A stretch of 63,320 nucleotides of DNA, the filler included, from Octopus bimaculoides (Eukaryota), in assembly GCF_001194135.2 (NCBI RefSeq). It is 7 parts of 6 records of this genome, joined end to end, with 100 filler letters (N's around TTAATTAATTAA, not from the genome) between each part and the next. Parts side by side here need not be neighbours in the genome. Positions count along the whole stretch, not along the records: positions 1 to 8,689 come from NC_069003.1; positions 8,790 to 17,820 come from NC_068983.1; 5 more parts are not named here. The stretch is one strand, 5' to 3'. The translations under genes were made by a program, and so were the position numbers. The notes beneath the pieces were generated by a model. The model was given only the letters and a program-made list of their open reading frames with translations, was not told the DNA's origin and did not search any database. Position 1 is the first letter of the stretch; each line of letters begins with the position of its first letter. This document shows, in pieces, positions 1 through 11,150 of the stretch.

Positions 1-298
1 TCTCTCTTTCTCTCTTTCTCTCTCTGTGAAAGTATCTGTCACTACAGTATCGAAATGTGATTGTTTCAGTTAGTGGAATAGTTTCATTTTTAAAGTGAAA
101 GTATTTGACATGAGTGTTTTTGTTTCACTTTTGACACGTAATACTTAAATAGTGGAGGAGATATTATGTTGCCGTGTGCTCGAACTCTGCAAGAAGTTAA
201 TTATTTTTTTTTACTAAAACACAACTGGAACCCTAAGTAAGGCATGTGTAAAATTTGAATGAAATTGGTTGCGTAGTTCTCGAGTTTTAGGGATTCAC

Positions 299-333
<35 letters not shown>

Positions 334-934
334 CACATTCTCATTTTTATATATATAGATAAATATAATTTAATACATACTAGGCTAATACCAGACAAAA
401 TGATTTTTAAACCCTAAAAATCATTTCTATCTTTTTCAGAAATTCTTAATCATTCAGCTTCAAACTTTATCCCATTTTGGAGAACGTCAATCTACAGTCA
501 ATTAAATCAAATCCCACAACCTAGTTTTATTGACCCAAGAAGACAATGTTGACTTTAGGAAGGAACTCAGGAAGTGAATGTGATGTAACTAAATACAGTT
601 ATTCATTTTCACCAGGTACTTTTACAATCTCATTGTCCACAACACCCAGTCAATTTAATCAACCTTCTAGTACTTAACTGTGAAGGCACACGACCTAGTG
701 GTTAGTTGTTGCACTCATGATTGCAAGATAATGGTTTCAATTCCTAGACCAAACAATACATTCTGTTCTTGAACAAAACATTCATTTCACCAGGTTCACT
801 CCCACTGCATGGCACCTTGGGCAAGAATGTCCTACTTTAGCTCCGAGTCAACCAAAGCCTGTAAGTGGATTTGTTAAACAGAAACTGAAAGAAGGCCGCT
901 ATATATATCTTTATGCATCTTTGTCCTGGAAGTG

Positions 935-1210
935 TTGGATCAGTTCCAGCATATGAATGCAGTCAGCATTGGCCTAGACAAGACTGTTGTAATGTTCCAG
1001 CCTGCACTATTTCAGCTGTCCAGCCTAGTGTTCACAGAACATTGAGCAGCAGTCATGGTGCCAGTATTTTGACACCTGACTTAAATCATTGAGGTACAGG
1101 TAACACTGCCGATATTCAGATGGATTCTGGTCTTCTGTGTCAGCCAACTTTTTCTCAACTGCATCTTCAGTCCTTATGCTCTCTAATGCAGTTGACTTGT
1201 TCACCAATAC
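935..1210. mobile_element. short rearranged RTE fragments
   Basis: ggcctagacaagactgttgtaatgttccagcctgcac on + matches the LDKTVVMFQPA segment of the 3290-6055 element; followed by a piece that looks like an RTE 3-prime end on the minus strand. Confidence 0.5.
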
Positions 1211-1305
1211 ATCAAACTGTCTCTGAAAAAAAGGGAGACATTAAAAACTTAGCTCACCTCTCAGTTATTCTCTATATCAATCACTCTCTACACCACTATT
1301 ATTAT

Positions 1306-1350
<45 letters not shown>

Positions 1351-1758
1351 CCCATCACTCTCTCCCTCCCCATCTCTTCCTCCCTCCCCAGTTTTCTCTC
1401 TCTCTCTCTCTCTCTCTATCTTTAGTTTCTAACACTTTTCTCCCTCTTTCAGCACACTCCTTCCACGTTCCTATAGTCTGACAGAAAGAGGGGGAGACTA
1501 ATAAAAAGAAAAAGGGGACATTTGGTTTGGCCTATTATATTAACATACATTTGTGAACAANNNNNNNNNNNNNNNNNNNNNNNNNNNNNNNNNNNNNNNN
1601 NNNNNNNNNNNNNNNNNNNNNNNNNNNNNNNNNNNNNNNNNNNNNNNNNNNNNNNNNNNNNNNNNNNNNNNNNNNNNNNNNNNNNNNNNNNNNNNNNNNN
1701 NNNNNNNNNNNNNNNNNNNNNNNNNNNNNNNNNNNNNNNNNNNNNNNNNNNNNNNNNN

Positions 1759-1789
<31 letters not shown>

Positions 1790-2097
1790 CGCGCGCGATC
1801 GCGTGCGTGTACTTGTGTGTGTATGTCTATATATGCTATATGTGTATACTGTATACACGTATCTGTGTGTTTGTTGCCTTTCAGTTATATGTGTATGTGT
1901 ACACACACACACACATATATACAAACACACAGATGTGTGTGGTGTGTGTGCATATGTATGGGTGAGTACCTGTAGTGCCCATCTGAATACACTATTGTTC
2001 ATGTCTGCCAATTCTTATTAGCAAGGAATTTATGAAAAGACACACAGGCACACGCATATGCTCACACATGCATACAGAGGGTTTGATATTGGTAGAA

Positions 2098-2144
<47 letters not shown>

Positions 2145-2791
2145 CCAAACACAGCTTGACACTAACAGAGAAACATGCACATACTCCCACAGTTTGATAT
2201 TAACAGAAAAACACACCTGTGCACACACACACACACAAATACATATATATACAATCTACTACAAAAAAAAAAAGAAACACAAATATATACACACAGATAT
2301 ACACACACTCGTATATATACACACCTGCTTATGTACACACATAAATGCATAAAGTCTGAAAGGAAAAGCAAATACACACTTAAAGCAACCGTCCTTTAAA
2401 CAAGTGGGAAATATATATTAGAAAAACATTAACAATCTCTCTCTCTCTCTCTCTCGCTCCCTCTTTCTAGTTTCTTCATCTTGTCCTCTATCTCCTGTCT
2501 TTCTCTTTCCCCTTTCATTTCTTCCTCCCTCCAATTCCTATCTTTCTCAACCTCTATCTCCTATTACAATAGAAAGCAGTGACCATACTTTTCAGGTGGA
2601 AATTTGAAAGGTCACCTAGACTGCCTCTCAATGACCTTAACAGGTAGGTGACAAAATCAGTTTGATATTCAAACTGAAATTATCTCAACCAATCCCTTAT
2701 ATAGTTCTACAATTGGGATAGGTTTTGCTATAAGGTGGGGAAGAATTGAGAGGGATAAGCAACACTATGGCCGAGAGAAGATAATCTCAAA

Positions 2792-3003
2792 CCCTTTAGC
2801 ATTCAGATTATTTTGTCAAATGCAATGCTTGATTATTCATATTGTTTTGAATTAAATGTGCATTATCTCATAGCTCAAACTTTTGATGTTGTGATTGTAT
2901 ATTTTTAGAATGAGACTGTAGGGTAAGTGTGAGAGGCTGGATCTGGTTGGTTTGAACAGGTAGAATGTTTTGGTCAGAAATGGCCTGTCTAAATGCTAAA
3001 AGG
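2792..3003. mobile_element. piggyBac-like MITE
   Basis: CCCTTTAGCATT...AATGCTAAAAGG followed by TTAA; related copies at 33302-33512 and 40100-40324. Confidence 0.65.
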
Positions 3004-3289
3004 TTAAATACATGTAGGTTAAGATCTTAGGTATATAAACTAGTGGAGTGATAATTTGTGATTAAACTGAGATAATGCATGCAACTAGTAGACAAAAACT
3101 CCCTCTCAATGGTTTTGGGTTCAATCTCACTGCTCAGCACATTGTTCTACAATAGCCCTGGGCCAACCAATCCCATATGAGTGAACTTGGTAGACAGAAA
3201 CTGTATGGAAGCTTGTCAATCATGCATACATACACACACACACATACATGATGATGGCCGTCCACTTGTGACCAATGAAGACCATTGCC

Positions 3290-6055
3290 GACCTTCAGGA
3301 ACATTGTGCGCTCTAGGACTAACTTTTATTTTGCATTTGCAGCTCCATTGGTGGCTAATGAGCCATGCTCTTGACAAGCATACACAACTGCAAACATTGC
3401 AGATTAAGCTTTCCCATTCACTATACGAGCTGTGCGCTTTCGCGCAGCTCACTTAAGTTCTTCATGCTGGATACGTGCTCCCTCAAAAGTGTCGACCTCC
3501 TCCTTAACCTGCTTCCTCCATCTGTGGCGATGACTGGCATTGTTCTCCCAGTCAGTCTCCTGCATATCACAGGCCTTTAATGAAGACTTGACACAGTCCT
3601 TAAATTGCTTGGTTTCTGCTGGGGTCTCTTTCCATTCACAAGTTCTCCATATAGCATCTGCTTAGGAATCCTGCTATCCTTCATTCTAATAAGGTGTCCA
3701 GTCCAACGTAACCGGTGCTTGTGCACCATTGCCTCAATACTCAAGATATCAGCAGTTCTCAGGACCTGTGTGTCTGGAATTTTTGAGGTCCAGCCAACAT
3801 TGAGAATGTGTCTGAGACATCTCTGATGAAAGCAGTCAAGGACCCTTACCTGACGTTTGTACAGAGTCCATGTCTCACATGAGTAGAGGAGCGATGTCAG
3901 TACACATGCATGGTACACAGCAACATTTGTTTGCCTTGCTATGCCATGCTGGGACCAGACACGAGACTGAAGAGACCAGAAGGAATTAGTTGCTCTCTGC
4001 AGCCTGAAAGATATTTCCTCATCCAGGGAGCAAGAACGGCTGAGTGTGCTGCCCAGGTAGACAAACTTGTCTACCTGGACAGCACACTCCCAGAATAGTT
4101 CAGAATAGTTCCTTCAACCAAGATAGCTGGTTTCACATATGGATTTCTTGGTGCAGGCTGGAACATTACAACAGTCTTGTCCAGGCTAATGCTGAGTCCA
4201 AATGCCTTGCAAGAAGCAGAAATACAATTCATGAGTATTTGCATGTCATCCACTGTATGAGTGACTAAGTCACAGTCATCTGCATAAAGGAGGTCACGAA
4301 TAATAGACTGGAGAACTTTTGAATTGGCAGCAAATCGGCGCAGATTAAAGAGTTAGCAACAAGATCGATATCTGACATATATTCCCAGAGAGCTGACCTT
4401 AGCAAAAGCATGAGTAAAAAGCAGCAGCAAAGTACAAAGAAAAGAGAGTTGGGGCAAAGATGTCCCCCTGCTTGACACCATTCTCTACAGGAATGGGTCC
4501 CGCCATGCCACCACCAACATTGACCCAAGCCTCTATCCCATCATAAAATGATTTAATTATAGATACAAAGTGATCTGGACATCCAAGTTGGCCAAGTATT
4601 TTCCATAGAAAGGCTCTGTTTACAGTATTAAAGGCCTTCGTTAAATCAATGAATACCTGGACAAGATCCATATTCTGCTCATAGCACTTTTCCTGCATCT
4701 GTCTTACTGTGAAAATCGTATCCATTGTCCCTCTACCAGATCGGAAGCCACATTGAGATTCAGATAGGACATCATTTACAAGACACCCATTCAGACGAGT
4801 AAGAAGAATATTTGCCAGACCCTTGCCAGCAGCTGATAGTAGAGCAATACCTCTGTAGTTACCACACATTGTTCTGGCTCCTTTATAGAGAGGAAGAATA
4901 ATTGCATCCTTCCAGACCTTAGGCATTGCACCATCCCTCTAGACTGCACTAATAAGTTCATGAAGGGACTGTATGATGTAATCACCACCAAATCGCAAGA
5001 CCTCAGTACAAATACCATCCTTTCCAGGTACCCTACCAAGATTCAATTTATTTATTGATGTCATTACTTCATCTATTGAGGGTGTGGAATTTAAGAAGCC
5101 AATGGTAGGTCTTCGTTGCATAGTATCAATCACTGTTTCATCCACAACTGACTCATGGTTTAGGAGTTCAGAGAAGTGTTCAATCCAGCGATCTGTGATT
5201 TCTGCTGATTTAGTAAACAGAGTAGAAGACTCCTTGGAAAGCAAAGGAGCTGATGTGGAGCTCTTAGGCCCATAAGCTCGCTTCATAAGATGGTAAAGAT
5301 TCTTGCTGTCATTTGCATCAGCAGCAGCCTGAACATCACAAGCAAGATCCTCCCACCAAGTGTTCTGCATCTTCTGGAGAGATCGCTGCAGTAGTGATTT
5401 TACACTGCTATAGTGGCAAGTGCTAGACTTCGCTGCACAGCAGACAGTCCTCTGTGTAGCAATACATTGTGGGCATGACACGTTACCACCAATAGTCACT
5501 GAACTTCAACATCATTTTCATCAAACCAGTCTCTGTGTCTAGCAGTAGCATATCCCAGTGTTTCAGTAGCACATTGAAGAACCTGGTCTTGAAAATCTTC
5601 CCATGCTGCAGTATTTTCAATGCTGGACAAGTGAGTCTGAAGCCCTTTCCTCACCACAGCAGCACATATCTTGTAGACATTCAGATGCCGAGGAATGCTG
5701 ACCGGTCCTCTTCTCTCACTCTAATCATCATCTGGAACTTTGCTCGCACCAGACTGTGGTCTATCCAGCATTCCAATCCATGAAATGACTTGACATTGCA
5801 AATTACAAATGTTATAGATGTCACACTTGCAGATGATGACATAATCCAGCAAGTACCAAACTTTAGACCTTGGATGCATCCACGTTGTTGTGTGATCGCC
5901 TTTGTGCCTAAAATGAGTGCTTGCGATGTAAAGTCCGTGCTCATCGCAAAGCTACAGTAGCATGAGACCATTGCTATTCATTTTCCCTACTCCAAAACGT
6001 CTTAGAGAGTTCCATGTTTGCCAGTCTGTTCTGACCCTGGCATTGAAATCCCCTA
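3290..6055 (-). mobile_element. decayed RTE-clade LINE (BovB-like), AP-endonuclease remnant plus reverse transcriptase
   Basis: ORF pieces NYRGIALLSAAGK, QCGFRSGRGTMDTIFTVRQMQEK, FIDLTKAF, GVKQGDIFAP, YADD at 4275-4286, LLYSCETW, LRWTGH; many stops and frameshifts; boundaries approximate. Confidence 0.92.
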
Positions 6056-6645
6056 GTAGAATGACTTCATCAGAATATGTATGTATGTACATACATACAT
6101 ACATACAAACAAACAAACAACTGACTTACACATTACAAATACAATCTGTAAGTGGAACAGTGAAACCATGCAAGACTTTTCTCATATCTAGAATGTGACA
6201 TTGTTTTTGTTATCTTCATTCCAAAGATGGAGCTTTGCATCTTTGTTAGAAACCAGCTCCTTCTTCAGAGGAAGAATTCAAATAATTAAAAACAGAAGAG
6301 AACATGCATAGATACATTACATACATTTGTGTGTGTGCGTATGTGTGTGTTTGTATGTGTTTGTGTGTATATATGTGTGTGTGTGTATGTATGTATGTAT
6401 AATGTTTTTCATTTGATATACATAAATTAACTTGGTCTCATAGTAACAAAATGCCTTGACTGAAGAAGGTAAAAGACCAAACAGGTAAGGTACTAAACTA
6501 TCAGAAAAAAACACATCTTGTATTAATGTACAAGACATCAATAATTAATAGAACAACTGGCCACCCTGATTGGAAATGAGTAGGATGAGAAGCTCTCCAT
6601 CTTGTAAGACGTGTGTGTGTGTGCGCGCGTGCGTGTGCATGTTTG

Positions 6646-6681
<36 letters not shown>

Positions 6682-7040
6682 GGTCTCAAACTTTGGCACA
6701 AGGTTAGCAAGTTCAATGGAGGGCTAAGTCAATTAAATTGCCCCCAGTACATATTTTATTCACCTCAAAAGGATGAAAAATAAAGTCGACCTCAGTGGAA
6801 TTTGAACTTAGAACATAAAGTCAGATGAAATATATATATTTTAATAGATATATACATATAGGAGTAAATGTTTACTACCTGCTCAAGTTTAAATCTGTTG
6901 AGCACCATGAAGTGTATTCTATACGGAGAATATCTGTCTCTCGTCTATAAACTATACACACACACACACAATTTTATAATAAAAACCACAATTCTAGTTA
7001 AATACANNNNNNNNNNNNNNNNCGTGCGTGTGCATGTTTG

Positions 7041-7076
<36 letters not shown>

Positions 7077-7663
7077 GGTCTCAAACTTTGGCACAAGGTT
7101 AGCAAGTTCAATGGAGGGCTAAGTCAATTAAATTGCCCCCAGTACATATTTTATTCACCTCAAAAGGATGAAAAATAAAGTCGACCTCAGTGGAATTTGA
7201 ACTTAGAACATAAAGTCAGATGAAATATATATATTTTAATAGATATATACATATAGGAGTAAATGTTTACTACCTGCTCAAGTTTAAATCTGTTGAGCAC
7301 CATGAAGTGTATTCTATACGGAGAATATCTGTCTCTCGTCTATAAACTATACACACACACACACAATTTTATAATAAAAACCACAATTCTAGTTAAATAC
7401 AGCTACTCAGGGTTTCCTGGACGAAACATTAACTTATTTCACCATTTTTCAAGCTGTTAACAAGACCATTTTGATCTTGTTATCAGCTTGGGGAGCCATG
7501 CAATGGAACTGAACTCAAACTATGTAGTTAGAAGGTGATCTTCTTACCACACACACACACGCACACACAGGATTACATTATACAGTGTGGGTTTTTTTTA
7601 AACAATAGTATAGCGAGAATTTAGGGTTATATGGCTATTATTTCTAGCAGATGGAAAATGAGC

Positions 7664-8055
7664 GGCTGTGTGGGAAGTAGCTTGCTTACCGACTACATGG
7701 TTCCGGGTTCATTCCCACTGCATAGCACCTTGGGCAAGTGTCTTCTACTATATCCTCGGGCCGACCAATGCCTTGTGAGTGGATTTGGTAGATAGAAACT
7801 GAAGGAAGTCCGTCGTATATATGTATTTATATATATGTATGTGTGCGTATATGTTTGTGCCCCCAACATCGCTTGACAACCGATAGTGATATGTTTACGT
7901 CCCCGTAACTTAGCGGTTCGGCAAAAGAGATCGATAGAATAAATACTAGGCTTACAAAAAATAAGTCCTAGGATTGATTTGCTCGACTAAAGGCGGTGCT
8001 CCAGCATGGCCGCAGTCAAATGACTAAAACAAGTAAAAGAGTAAAAGAGTAAAGA
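7664..8055 (+). mobile_element. tRNA-derived SINE, family A
   Basis: Head ggctgtgtgggaagtagc...ggttccgggttcattccc (B box); tail gtaaaagagtaaaagag. Many copies in the window, e.g. 13085-13410, 13890-14090, 16935-17155, 42088-42245, 44255-44380, 51410-51600. Confidence 0.85.
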
Positions 8056-8165
8056 GTAATTTCATTGACTCTCGTTATCTGCAATATGTTTTTGTATTAT
8101 ATATGTATTATATATGTAAAATACATATACATACATCTATGTGTGTGCATGTGTATATGTGTATG

Positions 8166-8196
<31 letters not shown>

Positions 8197-8198
8197 TG

Positions 8199-8670
8199 CA
8201 CCATTTTGAGCGTGGCCGTTGCCAATGCCGCCTGACTGGCCTTCGTGGGATTTTCGAGCGAGATCGTTGCCAGTGCCCCTGGACTGGCTCTTGTGCGGGT
8301 GACACATGGGGTACACCAGTTTGAGCGTGGCCGTTGCCAGTATCGCCTGGCTGGCCTTCGTAGGATTTTCGAACGAGATCGTTGCCAGTGCCCCTGGACT
8401 GGCTCTTGTGTGGGTGACACATGGAGTGCACCAGTTTGAGCATGGCCGTTGCCAGTGCCGCCTGACTGGCCTTCGTGCGGGTGACACGTAAAAGCACCCA
8501 CTACACTCTCTGAGTGGTTGGCGTTAGGAAGGGCATCAAGCTGTAGAAACTCTGCCAAATCAGATTGGAGCCTGGTGTTGCCATCCGGTTTCACCAGTCC
8601 TCAGTCAAATCGTCCAACCCATGCTAGCATGGAAAGCGGATGTTAAACGATGATGATGATGATGATATAT
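8199..8670 (+). repeat. RTE 3-prime tail copy with a 115-bp tandem array
   Basis: Units start at 8199, 8314 and 8429; then the tail shared with 55200-55378, ending in (GAT)n. Confidence 0.85.
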
Positions 8671-8689
8671 ATATATATATATATATATA

Positions 8690-8789
8690 NNNNNNNNNNN
8701 NNNNNNNNNNNNNNNNNNNNNNNNNNNNNNNNNTTAATTAATTAANNNNNNNNNNNNNNNNNNNNNNNNNNNNNNNNNNNNNNNNNNNN
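8690..8789. other. artificial scaffold-join spacer
   Basis: 44 N + TTAATTAATTAA + 44 N; identical spacers at 17821-17920, 19362-19461, 47575-47674, 58853-58952 and 61431-61530. Confidence 0.95.
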
Positions 8790-8870
8790 CTATATGTCTC
8801 CAATGAAGTCTAATGTCGGCTCCGTACCGATTAGATAATACAGTTCTATATTTAAGAGATGAGGAATTAT

Positions 8871-8874
<4 letters not shown>

Positions 8875-8943
<69 letters not shown>
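8875..8943 (+). repeat. (TAA)n microsatellite
   Basis: More than 20 perfect units. Confidence 0.99.
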
Positions 8944-8945
<2 letters not shown>

Positions 8946-8995
8946 TAATAGTAACATCGTTAGGAATGAGAACCCAGGTTCGAAATTTCCCCCAA

Positions 8996-9041
8996 GACAC
9001 CTGACGAAGACTGGAGGGTATATCAGCCGAAACGTTGTGTT
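8996..9041 (+). ncRNA. minimal type I hammerhead ribozyme-like motif
   Basis: GACAC-CTGACGA-A-GACTGG(agggtata)TCAGCC-GAAA-CG-TT-GTGTT: stem I GACAC/GTGTT, intact core, palindromic ACGT stem III, GUU cleavage triplet. Confidence 0.6.
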
Positions 9042-10749
9042 AACAACAAACAAGATGAGGACAAATATCCGTCAAATGTAAATAATGTAAATAATGTAAA
9101 CACCAGTGATATATCAGAATATTGAATATTCTTTTCTACTCTAGGCATAAGGTCCAAAAGTTTGGGGAAGGGGGCCAGTCGATTAGATTGATCTCAGTAC
9201 GCAACTGGTACTTAATTTATCAACTCCGAAAGGATGATAGACGAAATACCGCTAAGCATTTCGCCTGGCGTTGCTAATATATGAGAATTCGCTGAAGGCG
9301 TCGTGGCTGGCAGAGTTTTTACCACGTCAGGCAAAATGCTTTGCTGCATTTCAAAAGCCTTCACGCTCTAAGTTGAAATAGACTCATCCTTCCCCCGAAT
9401 ATGCTGGCCTTGCGCCAAAATTCGAAACCAAATATATCAGAATTCATTTAGAACTGTAACCCTCTGTCAAAAAAAAACAAAAAAAAACATCGATATTATC
9501 GTCTCATCCGTCTGCATTTACCATTTGCATATGTCTGCCAGATATTCTCCGGATATCTACGAATTGATTTAGTCTAGGTTATACACTGTGTGTCTTTTCT
9601 GTATTATAAGCCAGGAAATAGACGAACCTGTTTCTCCACATCCGGGCAACCGAATTCTTTACCAAGTCAATGTATATGTATAAGGCTATACGTGTGTTTA
9701 AATTTCTGTTATTCAGTTTTAACTTAACTCAACTGGTTGTATGTCTTGCATTAATATTTATTTAACTGAGTTGTAAGTTTTGTCATGAAAATTTGTCCAA
9801 GCATTATCAAATATACATAAAAAACAAAACTAAAGGCTTTAGCAAAAGCAACAACAAACGATAAACAAATATCCGCCTAGTTTTTTGTTTTTGTTCTTGT
9901 GTTATTCCTGTAACAGGCACGTGTACTAAACTGCAATCTTGTACTGGTTGTTATTTGATAGTATAGATGTGTAGGTTGTTGTTGAGCCACCTAATGTGAT
10001 TCAATCAGAAGGCTGTAATCTCATTTGATAGTAAACCCAGATGCAGAATATATAAACAAGGTTGTAATTTTAAATACGTTTATTGTGGCCACACGTATAT
10101 ACACAACTGAATGATAAATTGAATGGTTGATACGTAGAGGCCATGGTCTTATGTGCCTTTTGCTCCTATCTGCTAGCTGACGTGTGATATGAGAGAGAGT
10201 CAGTCAGGTTACGTCCTCAAAGTTCGCGTCCTAGTGCAGAAAGAGACAGAGGTGAGCTTCTGAACCTTAATGTTGCGCAATGCTCTCTATATATGGCCAG
10301 CTTGTTTGAACCCACTATCAAGGGGGTTAACTGCACCTACAATAGGGTTCAGCCGCTTCTAGGAATTTGCACATATCTAGATATATAGAAGGGACACAAC
10401 TGACCAAATGAAGAAGGTGTTGGCCAGCTAAACAAAGAGTGTATCTGTTCAACGAGTTTAGCGCTAAGCCAATAAAGACATTTAACTCACGTTGTTTTCT
10501 ACAGTTTCTTTGTCGGTAAAATGTTTAGATATACCACATCGATGGAATCAATTATTTTGATTGAAGAATTAACAGATATTTTATAAACACAGCATGATGA
10601 TTTGGATTAACACAGCTTTTTAATTAATTCAGTTTGCATTTATTAATTATGTATCACGTAATTACACATTTAATGATATTTACCTTAATGAAACAGTTAT
10701 TGCGCACAATTAAAGTAAGAAGAATATGTGAAATTTATGGCTGATAGAC

Positions 10750-11150
10750 GTAGGTGTAGCTGTGTGCCAAGAAGTTTGCTTCTCAATCACATAGTCCCAG
10801 GTTCGGTTCCACTGCGTGGCACATTGGGCAGGTGTCTTCTATTATAGCCTCGAACTGACTAAAGCTTTGGGAATAAATTTGGTAGACAGCAACTGAAAGG
10901 AAACAGTTGTGTGTGTGTGTGTGTGTGTGTGTGTCCGTGTCCGTGTCTGTCCCCCACTACCGCTTAATAATCGGTGTTGAGGTATTTACGGCTTCGTAAC
11001 TTATCCGTTCGGCAAAATGGACCGATGGAAGAAGTGTTAAGCTTTAAAAGAGTAAGTACTAGTGTCGATTCGTTCGGTTAAAATCCTTCAGGGCGGTGTT
11101 CCAGCATGGCCACAGTCTATTGACTGAAACAAATAGGAAAAAAATGCTTT
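10750..11150 (+). mobile_element. tRNA-derived SINE, family A
   Basis: Similarity to 7664-8055 with internal (GT)n. Confidence 0.8.

Noticed and set aside
6452-6492. CTGAAGA-A-GGT-aaaag-ACC-AAAC, degenerate hammerhead-like motif
   Set aside because: Catalytic G12 is missing and stems I and III are poor; at best a dead copy.
6628-7400. About 380-bp direct duplication (6628-7005 and 7023-7400)
   Set aside because: Copies are essentially identical and separated by a short N gap: typical unmerged contig overlap, not a biological duplication.
8199-8490. Regularly spaced repeats resembling a CRISPR array, with three overlapping ORFs on the minus strand
   Set aside because: Inter-repeat sequence is itself repeated (no unique spacers), there are no cas genes, and the host is eukaryotic; the open frames are a by-product of a GC-rich tandem repeat.
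9970-10503. Possible solo LTR (TGTAG...CTACA with internal TATA-like and AATAAA motifs)
   Set aside because: No target-site duplication and no second copy in the window.
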